A stretch of DNA of 64,000 nucleotides from Pseudomonas aeruginosa PAO1 (GTDB lineage Bacteria; Pseudomonadota; Gammaproteobacteria; Pseudomonadales; Pseudomonadaceae). This document shows, one piece after another, positions 57,477-64,000 of this stretch; position 1 is the stretch's first letter, and each line of letters begins with the position of its first letter. Position numbers and translations under genes: made by a program. Where the stretch lies: assembly GCF_000006765.1 (NCBI RefSeq), contig NC_002516.2; one strand, written 5' to 3'. The notes beneath the pieces are model-generated. The model was given only the letters and a program-made list of their open reading frames with translations. It searched no databases and had not been told where the DNA came from.

Positions 57477-58304
57477 ATGAATTACAACCAGCCAGCCACC
57501 CTCCAGGCCGCCATCCTCGACTGGGCGGGAACCGTGGTCGATTTCGGCTCCTTCGCGCCGACCCAGATCTTCGTCGAGGCTTTCGCCGAATTCGGCGTCC
57601 AGGTCAGCCTGGAGGAAGCGCGCGGTCCGATGGGAATGGGCAAGTGGGACCACATCCGCACCCTCTGCGACATCCCGGCGATCGCCGAGCGCTACCGCGC
57701 CGTCTTCGGCCGCCTGCCCAGCGACGACGATGTCACCGCCATCTACGAGCGCTTCATGCCGCTGCAGATCGAAAAGATCGCCGAACATTCGGCGCTGATC
57801 CCCGGCGCCCTGCAGGCGATCGCCGAACTCCGCGGGATGGGCCTGAAGATCGGTTCCTGTTCCGGTTATCCGGCGGTGGTGATGGAGAAGGTGGTAGCCC
57901 TGGCCGAGACCAACGGTTACGTCGCCGACCACGTGGTGGCCACCGACGAAGTGCCCAACGGCCGGCCATGGCCGGCCCAGGCGCTGGCCAACGTGATCGC
58001 CCTGGGGATCGACGATGTGGCGGCCTGCGTGAAGGTCGACGACACCTGGCCGGGTATCCTCGAAGGGCGCCGCGCCGGGATGTGGACGGTGGCGCTGACC
58101 TGCTCGGGCAATGCCCTGGGCCTCACCTACGAGCAGTACCAGGCGCTGCCGGCGGCCGAACTGGAGCGCGAGCGGACGCGTATCGAACAGATGTTCGAAG
58201 GTTCGCGTCCGCACTACCTGATCGAGACCATCGCCGAGCTGCCGGCGGTGGTCCGCGACATCAATGCGCGCCTGGCGCGCGGCGAGATGCCGCAGGGTAA
58301 CTGA
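57477..58304 (+). CDS. phnX: Phosphonoacetaldehyde hydrolase (phosphonatase)
   Basis: [33 protein letters not shown]. Confidence 0.97.
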   Translation: MNYNQPATLQAAILDWAGTVVDFGSFAPTQIFVEAFAEFGVQVSLEEARGPMGMGKWDHIRTLCDIPAIAERYRAVFGRLPSDDDVTAIYERFMPLQIEKIAEHSALIPGALQAIAELRGMGLKIGSCSGYPAVVMEKVVALAETNGYVADHVVATDEVPNGRPWPAQALANVIALGIDDVAACVKVDDTWPGILEGRRAGMWTVALTCSGNALGLTYEQYQALPAAELERERTRIEQMFEGSRPHYLIETIAELPAVVRDINARLARGEMPQGN

Positions 58305-58318
58305 GCCACGTCTGTGCC

Positions 58319-58354
58319 GAGGCCGCCGCGGGCAACCGCGGCGGCCTCAGTTTT
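58319..58354 (+). terminator. Terminator after phnX
   Basis: 13-bp stem GAGGCCGCCGCGG, GCAA loop, then AGTTTT. Confidence 0.8.
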
Positions 58355-59266
58355 CTAACCGGCGTCCGGGTGCCCCAGGCGAGTCTTGAGGAAGTCGATG
58401 AACGCGCGGACCTTCGACGGCAGGTGGCGGGTCGGCGGATAAACGGCATGCACGCCCTGGAGCGGAAACCCGTGGTCCGCCAGCAGGCGTTGCAGTGCGC
58501 CGCAGCGCAAGTCGGCCTGCACCAGCCAGTCCGGCAGCACGGCGATACCCAGGCCGTCGAGGGCAAAGGCGCGCAGGGCCGCGGCGTTGTCGGCCAGCAG
58601 CATGGGATGGCGCGGTCCGCGGTAGCTGCGCAGGGCGCCGTCGGGGGCGCGTACTTGCCAGGGCAGGGAGTCCGCCAGCCGGCTGTGACCGAGATTCTGC
58701 AGGCGCTCCAGACTCTCCAGGTCGGTCGGCGGCGGTTCGCCGAGCGCCGCCAGGCAGGCCGGGCTGGCCACCGCCAGGACCTCGAAGCTGGCCAGTTGCA
58801 CCGCATGGTGGGTGGAGTCCTCCAGGCGCCCCAGGCGGATCGCGACGTCGAAGCGTTCGCCAATCAGGTCGGCATGCAGCGATGAGGTCGACAATTGTAC
58901 CTGCAACGCCGGGTGCAGCCGGGCGAATGCCTGCAGGGCCGGCACCAGTTGGCGCAGGCCGTATTCCTGGGTGGTGGTGACGCGCAGGCTGCCACGCAGT
59001 TCGCCATGCTCGGCGCGGGCGTCGTCGATGGCCAGGCGCGCCTCGTCGAGCACCTTCACGCAGCGCTGGTAGAAGCGTTCGCCAGCATCGGTCAGGGCCA
59101 TCCGCCGGGTGCTGCGGCTGAGCAGAGAAACGCCCAGCTCGGCCTCCAGCCGCTTGAGGTTGAAGCTGACTACCGCACGCGTCTGGCCGAGGGTGTCGGC
59201 GGCGGCGCTGAGGGAACCGCAGTCGACCACGGCGCGAAAGGTTTCGAAGCGGTCGAGGCTGACCAT
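58355..59266 (-). CDS. LysR-family regulator
   Basis: MVSLDRFETF...SLSAAADTLGQTRAVVSFNLKRLE, LTDAG. Confidence 0.93.
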   Translation of the reverse strand: MVSLDRFETFRAVVDCGSLSAAADTLGQTRAVVSFNLKRLEAELGVSLLSRSTRRMALTDAGERFYQRCVKVLDEARLAIDDARAEHGELRGSLRVTTTQEYGLRQLVPALQAFARLHPALQVQLSTSSLHADLIGERFDVAIRLGRLEDSTHHAVQLASFEVLAVASPACLAALGEPPPTDLESLERLQNLGHSRLADSLPWQVRAPDGALRSYRGPRHPMLLADNAAALRAFALDGLGIAVLPDWLVQADLRCGALQRLLADHGFPLQGVHAVYPPTRHLPSKVRAFIDFLKTRLGHPDAG

Positions 59267-59281
59267 GGAAGGCGACCCTAT

Positions 59282-59300
59282 TGTCAAATTCGATTTGACA
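59282..59300. promoter_or_regulatory. Inverted repeat in LysR/MFS divergent promoter
   Basis: TGTCAAAT-TCG-ATTTGACA, perfect 8-3-8. Confidence 0.65.
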
Positions 59301-59373
59301 GTCTATGCGCGATTAGCCTCTCCAGATAGCGCGAGCGCCTCGCTATGCTCCCCGGCAAACCTCCGGAGCGCCC

Positions 59374-60732
59374 ATGAATCAACCGTCCCGCCTGGCCACT
59401 TTGTACCTGCTGGGGTTCGCCCTGGACCTGGTGAACATCTTCATCGCCAGCGTCGCCTACCCGGACATCGGGCGTTCCCTTGGCGCTTCGGTGGCGACCC
59501 TGGCGTGGATCGGCAACACCTACCTGCTCGGCTTGACCCTGGTGATTCCGTTGAGCGTCTGGCTCGCTTCGCGCCTGGGAGAACGGCGACTGATGCTGCT
59601 GGCACTGGCCGGTTTCGCCAGCGCTTCGCTGGGTTGCGGCCTGGCTGGATCGGCGGCGACGTTGATCGTCTGGCGCCTGTGCCAGGGGTTGGCCGGCGGG
59701 TTGCTGATCCCCCTCGGCCAGGCCATGGCCTATCGGAATGTCCCGGCGTCGGCACGGGCCGGCCTGACCGCACGGGTGATGCTGGTGGCGCTGATCGTTC
59801 CCGCCGTGGCGCCTGCCCTCGGCGGCTGGCTGGTGGACAGCCTGTCCTGGCGTGGGATCTTCTTCGCCAGCGTGGCGCCGGCGCTGCTGGTGCTGGCCCT
59901 GGCGATGCGCTGGCTGCCCAGGCACAAGCATGCGGCGCAGCGCCTGGACCTGCGCGGCCTGCTGCTCGGCTCGGCGGCGCTGGCCACGCTGCTGGTGGCG
60001 CTCGCCTGGCTGGGATCGCCCGGCGGCGGCGGGCGTGGCCTGCTCCTGGCGCTGCTGGCCTGCGTGCTGGGCTGCTGCTACTGGCGTGACGGGCGCGCTC
60101 GTACCGACGCGCTGCTCGACCTTGGCTTGCTGGAGGCGCCATTGCTGCGTACGGCGATGCTGGTCTATCTCTGCGTGCCGGGAGCCTTCATGGGCGCCAA
60201 CCTGGTCGCCATGCTCTATCTGCAAGGCCCCCTCGGCCTCAGCGCGAGCCGTGCCGGTGCGCTGATGCTGCCCTGGGCGCTGGCGGCCGGCCTGGCCATC
60301 GGCCTGACCCGGCGACGCTTCAATCGCTGGGGGCCGAAATCCTTGCTGCTGGCGGGCATGGCGATACAGGCCGGCGGCCTGCTGTGGCTGGCTCGAAGCG
60401 GGGAGGGGAGCGGCTTCTGGCAACTGGCGGGGGCCTACGCGACCATGGGATTCGGCGGCAGCCTGTGTAGCAGCGCGGCACAGGGCATGGCCTTGCTCGA
60501 CGTCCCGGCGGCGCGCATGGGCCATGCCAGCGCCTTGTGGAACATCAATCGGCAACTGGCGTTCTGCCTGGGCATGGCCGTGCTCGGTGGGTTGCTCAAC
60601 CTGTTGCAGGCGCGGGCCGACCCCGCGGCCTTCGTCCACTGCTTCCTGTTCGCCGCCGCTTTCACGCTATTGCCTCTGCCGTGGGTGAGGCGTATCGATT
60701 CCGCCGGGGTTCGCGCCCTGGTCCAGACCTGA
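59374..60732 (+). CDS. MFS DHA2-type efflux transporter
   Basis: WLASRLGERR, PALGGWLVDSLSWRGIF, ASALWNINRQL. Confidence 0.9.
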   Translation: MNQPSRLATLYLLGFALDLVNIFIASVAYPDIGRSLGASVATLAWIGNTYLLGLTLVIPLSVWLASRLGERRLMLLALAGFASASLGCGLAGSAATLIVWRLCQGLAGGLLIPLGQAMAYRNVPASARAGLTARVMLVALIVPAVAPALGGWLVDSLSWRGIFFASVAPALLVLALAMRWLPRHKHAAQRLDLRGLLLGSAALATLLVALAWLGSPGGGGRGLLLALLACVLGCCYWRDGRARTDALLDLGLLEAPLLRTAMLVYLCVPGAFMGANLVAMLYLQGPLGLSASRAGALMLPWALAAGLAIGLTRRRFNRWGPKSLLLAGMAIQAGGLLWLARSGEGSGFWQLAGAYATMGFGGSLCSSAAQGMALLDVPAARMGHASALWNINRQLAFCLGMAVLGGLLNLLQARADPAAFVHCFLFAAAFTLLPLPWVRRIDSAGVRALVQT

Positions 60733-60745
60733 AAGGAGCTACACC

Positions 60746-61132
60746 ATGACTTGTGCCTACCGCCGGGAAATCCACCATGCCCACGTGGCGATCCGCGACT
60801 GGCTGGCCGGCGACTCACGGGCTGACGCGCTGGATGCGTTGATGGCGCGTTTCGCCGAGGACTTCTCGATGGTCACGCCGCATGGCGTGGTCCTGGACAA
60901 GACTGCTCTGGGCGAGCTGTTCCGCAGCAAGGGCGGCACCCGTCCTGGGCTGCGCATCGAGATCGACGGCGAGAGTCTGCTGGCTTCAGGCGTGGATGGC
61001 GCGACCCTGGCCTATCGGGAAATCCAGTCCGACGCGGCGGGTCGCAGCGAGCGCCTGTCCACCGTAGTCCTGCACCGTGACGACGAAGGGCGGCTGTACT
61101 GGCGCCACCTGCAGGAAACCTTCTGCGGCTGA
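60746..61132 (+). CDS. SnoaL/NTF2-like (DUF4440-type) protein
   Basis: AAGGAG RBS; RFAEDFSMVTPHG, C-terminal WRHLQET. Confidence 0.8.
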   Translation: MTCAYRREIHHAHVAIRDWLAGDSRADALDALMARFAEDFSMVTPHGVVLDKTALGELFRSKGGTRPGLRIEIDGESLLASGVDGATLAYREIQSDAAGRSERLSTVVLHRDDEGRLYWRHLQETFCG

Positions 61133-61139
61133 GCCTGCC

Positions 61140-61754
61140 TCAGTCGCTGGCACCGAGCAGGCGCAGGAAGGCATCGGCGAGTTCGCCGGCCAGCGGCTGG
61201 GTATCCAGGCGGCCGCCGGCGATGGCGTCGTCGGCGGCGCCATGCAGCCCGGAGTAGAGCAGCAGGGCGTTCAGCCGTGGGTTGCGCAGCGGCCAGGCGC
61301 CGGCCGCCGCGCCGTTCTCCAGTAGCTCCGCCAATTGCTCCAGCACGCGGTCGCGCTCCTGGTTGCCGCGCTGGTGGTGATGGTGCTCGCTGTAGACCAC
61401 ATCGTGCAGCCGGTAGCCCTCCAGGTAGCCCGCCAGGCCGCTCTCGGTCCAGGCGCGCAGGCGGCCGGGATGGTCGTTCGCCGGACAGGCCTCGACGGCA
61501 TTCGCGATGCGCTGCTGGAAAGCCTGGGTGAAGCGCTCGCGCAGGGCCAGGAGGATGTCGGTCTTGGCTTGGAAGTAGTGATAGAAGGTACCCTTGGCGA
61601 CCCCCGCGGCAGCGACGATGTCGCTGATGGTGGTGGCGTCCACACCCTTGTCTAGGAACAGTTGCTGCGCCGCCGCCATCAGTTCCTCGAGACGAACCTC
61701 CGCAGGCTTGGTGCGCGGTTGGCGGGCAGGCTGTTCGGCGTGGCGATCGGGCAT
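61140..61754 (-). CDS. TetR-family regulator
   Basis: LMAAAQQLFLDKGVDATTISDIVAAAGVAKGTFYHYF. Confidence 0.93.
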   Translation of the reverse strand: MPDRHAEQPARQPRTKPAEVRLEELMAAAQQLFLDKGVDATTISDIVAAAGVAKGTFYHYFQAKTDILLALRERFTQAFQQRIANAVEACPANDHPGRLRAWTESGLAGYLEGYRLHDVVYSEHHHHQRGNQERDRVLEQLAELLENGAAAGAWPLRNPRLNALLLYSGLHGAADDAIAGGRLDTQPLAGELADAFLRLLGASD

Positions 61755-61850
61755 GGAGCGCGGGTCCGGTGGTTGGGTTGGCCGCAGTGTAAAAGAGCGT
61801 GGAGGGGAAGACGAGGCATGACAGGAAGATGAGAATGTTTCGCGATATTT

Positions 61851-61871
61851 ATTGACTGACCGTCGGTCAAT
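61851..61871. promoter_or_regulatory. TetR operator
   Basis: ATTGACTGAC-C-GTCGGTCAAT, 10-1-10 with one mismatch. Confidence 0.7.
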
Positions 61872-61911
61872 GGATTATTCCTGGGCCAGCGCCCTCTCAT
61901 CGGAGTACTCC

Positions 61912-63453
61912 ATGAACCCTTCGCGTCGTGTCGCCCTGGTCGCCGCCATTTACCTGGGAACCTTCATCGCCTCGCTCGACATCAGCATCGTCAACCTCGC
62001 CCTGCCGACGCTGCAGTACGCCCTGGATACCGACCTGGCCGGCCTGCAGTGGGTGGTCGACGCCTATGCGCTGTGCCTGAGCGCCTTCATGCTGTCTTCC
62101 GGACCGCTGAGCGACCGCTACGGTCGCAAGCTGACCTGGCTGCTCGGGGTCGGCCTGTTCAGCTTCGGTTCGCTGCTCTGCGCGCTGGCCACCTCGCTGC
62201 CGCTGCTGCTGTTCGGACGCGCGGTCCAGGGCATCGCCGGGGCGCTGTTGATACCCGGCGCGCTGTCGATCCTTACCCAGGCTTTCCACGATCCCGGCCA
62301 GCGCGCCCAGGTGATCGGCGGCTGGACCTCCTTCAGCGCGCTGTCGCTGATCCTCGGCCCGCTGCTCGGCGGCCTGCTGGTGGAGCACGCCGGCTGGCAG
62401 AGCATCTTCCTGATCAACCTGCCGCTCGGCCTGCTGGCGCTCGCCCTGGGCCTGTGGGGCATCGAGGAAACCGCGCACCCCGAGCACGCCGCCTTCGATC
62501 CCCTGGGGCAGCTGCTCAGCGTGGTCTGGCTGGGGGCGTTGACCTACGCCCTGATCGCCGCGGGAGAGGGCGGCTGGTTGTCTCCCACGGCCTGGCCGGC
62601 GCTGCTCCTGGCCGGGGTCGGCCTGCTTGGCTTCCTCTTCGTCGAGCGGCGGACCGCCCGACCGCTGCTGCCCCTGGGGTTGTTCCGCCAGGCCGGGTTC
62701 GCCGTCTGCAACCTGGCCTCGTTCGTCCTCGGGTTTTCCGGCTACGCCAGCCTGTTCTTCCTCTCCCTGTTCTTCCAGCAGGTGCAGGGTGCCTCGGCGC
62801 AGCAGGCCGGCTTCTACCTGGCGCCGCAGTTCCTCGCCATGGGCGCACTGTCCATGCTGTTCGGCCGGTTGCAGCGGCACGTACCGCTGCGACGCCTGCT
62901 GGTGCTGGGCTACCTGGTGATCGGCCTGGCCATGCTGGCGCTGGCCGCTTGCGGTACGGGAACCGCGTATCCCTGGGTCGGCCTGTTGCTGGTGGCGCTC
63001 GGCCTGGGCATGGGCCTGGCCGTTCCCGGCACCGGTCTGGCGGTCATGGCGAGCGTGGCCCGCGAGCGTTCCGGGATGGCCTCGGCGACCATGAATACCC
63101 TGCGCCAGGCCGGCATGGCCGTCGGCATCGCGTTGCTGGGAGCGCTGCTGAGCGGGCGGGCGATCGTCGTCCTGGGCGATCGGCTGGAGGGGCTGGGGAT
63201 TGCCGATGCGCAACGGCTCGCCACCCAGGCGGTCACGGCCCATCGCTTGCCTGGTTCCCTGGCGGGGCTCGACGCCGAGCTGCCGGCCGCGCTGGCCGAG
63301 GGCTTCCGTCTGGCTATGCTGGTGGCCGGAGCCAGCGCCCTGCTGGCCGCCGCGCTGCTCTGGCGCCTGCGCGTTAGCGCCGGCCCGGCGGCGGATACAG
63401 TTGGCGCATCTGGACGAACGGCAGGGGTACAGTTGCAGGCCGATAGACACTGA
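61912..63453 (+). CDS. MFS DHA2-type drug efflux transporter
   Basis: LDISIVNLALP, LQWVVDAY, LSDRYGRK, WQSIFLINLP. Confidence 0.92.
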   Translation: MNPSRRVALVAAIYLGTFIASLDISIVNLALPTLQYALDTDLAGLQWVVDAYALCLSAFMLSSGPLSDRYGRKLTWLLGVGLFSFGSLLCALATSLPLLLFGRAVQGIAGALLIPGALSILTQAFHDPGQRAQVIGGWTSFSALSLILGPLLGGLLVEHAGWQSIFLINLPLGLLALALGLWGIEETAHPEHAAFDPLGQLLSVVWLGALTYALIAAGEGGWLSPTAWPALLLAGVGLLGFLFVERRTARPLLPLGLFRQAGFAVCNLASFVLGFSGYASLFFLSLFFQQVQGASAQQAGFYLAPQFLAMGALSMLFGRLQRHVPLRRLLVLGYLVIGLAMLALAACGTGTAYPWVGLLLVALGLGMGLAVPGTGLAVMASVARERSGMASATMNTLRQAGMAVGIALLGALLSGRAIVVLGDRLEGLGIADAQRLATQAVTAHRLPGSLAGLDAELPAALAEGFRLAMLVAGASALLAAALLWRLRVSAGPAADTVGASGRTAGVQLQADRH

Positions 63454-63550
63454 CTCTCGGGTCACGATGCTGGCGTGGGGGCGATTTCCTTGCGTTATGC
63501 TGCTCGAAGCGAAGAATATTCGCGTATTCCAACTGTTGTGCTAGGGTATG

Positions 63551-63573
63551 GCCTGCGACAACCTGTCGCAGGC
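63551..63573. promoter_or_regulatory. RegA/PrrA/RoxR-type box
   Basis: GCCTGCGACA-ACC-TGTCGCAGGC, a perfect 10-3-10 repeat containing GCGAC-N5-GTCGC. Confidence 0.6.
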
Positions 63574-64000
63574 AGGTAAAAGCCCTACTTTATCTATGTT
63601 TGAGAAAGTCTATTGCAAGATGTGTCATAGGCTCCTCAGCTGAAATGAATTGTAATAACTGACGCTCAGTTTCGGTCCAACGAGCGTCGCGCGAGTCTCT
63701 GCTCCGCATCGCGATAAATGGGTTCCTGCCTTGCCTGTTGCACAACAAATAGCCGACCGATAACTGCGACCTGATCACCCGGCGGGAAGGGCAATCCTTC
63801 TCGCCCAGGCATGCACGTGCCTTGGCCGCCCTTGGCCTCTTCCGGCACAGCTTCGAAAACGCTGTTCATCAAGGAACGACTCAGCGCGTGGAACGAGTCC
63901 GCCACCGGAATCGGGAAAGGTATCCGCTTGCCTTCTCCCGTGGCCGGGCAATGGCCGTTCCGTACCCCGGCGGCGACTGCATGTCTGGAACTGGCTGAAG

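Noticed and set aside
61824-61843. Possible Fur box (GAAGATGAGAATGTTTCGC) before the last MFS
   Set aside because: Only about 12/19 match with weak dyad symmetry. The adjacent TetR operator explains the regulation more simply.
46-63905. Numerous long overlapping ORFs in the track (for example 5418-8255, 17600-20485, 28343-30532, 46454-50140 N-terminal part, 50664-52898)
   Set aside because: These are shadow frames typical of high-GC DNA. They are Arg/Pro/Ala-rich, carry no family motifs, and lie antisense to or in frame-extension of well-supported genes.
63590-63905. Minus-strand ORFs of 62 and 79 aa at the window end
   Set aside because: No RBS, motifs or typical codon bias; they overlap a probable promoter/leader region.
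1-64000. Mobile element, defence island, tRNA or rRNA
   Set aside because: No transposase, integrase, terminal inverted repeats, defence-type domains or tRNA/rRNA signatures were seen, and composition looks uniformly GC-rich in coding regions.

Overview
High-GC chromosomal window of Pseudomonas aeruginosa type. The gene order matches my recollection of PAO1 PA1255-PA1316; this is recognition from the translations, not a database search. Contents from left to right: (1) a hydroxyproline (lhp) catabolism and uptake locus split by an MFS/XRE/LysR/EamA block; (2) a GntR regulator and an orphan FUSC gene; (3) a cobalamin riboswitch heading btuB and a 10-gene cob cluster; (4) SmvA/SmvR-like efflux, an acyl-CoA dehydrogenase, MarR/MFS, glutathione peroxidase and FadL; (5) sseA, a strictosidine-synthase-like gene, rnd-ycgL, dmeF/dmeR and ycgN; (6) the Fur-boxed hxuIRA heme signalling system; (7) a second signal peptidase I, ptrB and a four-gene cluster of unknown function; (8) phnR-phnWX; (9) LysR/TetR-MFS pairs; (10) a terminal non-coding region with a RegA/RoxR-type box. 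I see no IS, integrase, prophage, CRISPR, tRNA or rRNA, and no convincing new multi-gene system. The best leads are small. They are a plus-strand sRNA candidate between two minus-strand genes, a 35-aa coupled membrane ORF, a WYL-regulator remnant deleted at a microhomology, a degenerate lysozyme-like protein, a shared GntR-type operator linking PA1269-like GntR to the lhp transporter operon, an exact SlyA box before the orphan FUSC gene, and a pure (CAC)14 His repeat in dmeF. Many long ORFs in the supplied track are GC-rich shadow frames, so starts were re-called from RBS, overlaps and family N-termini.
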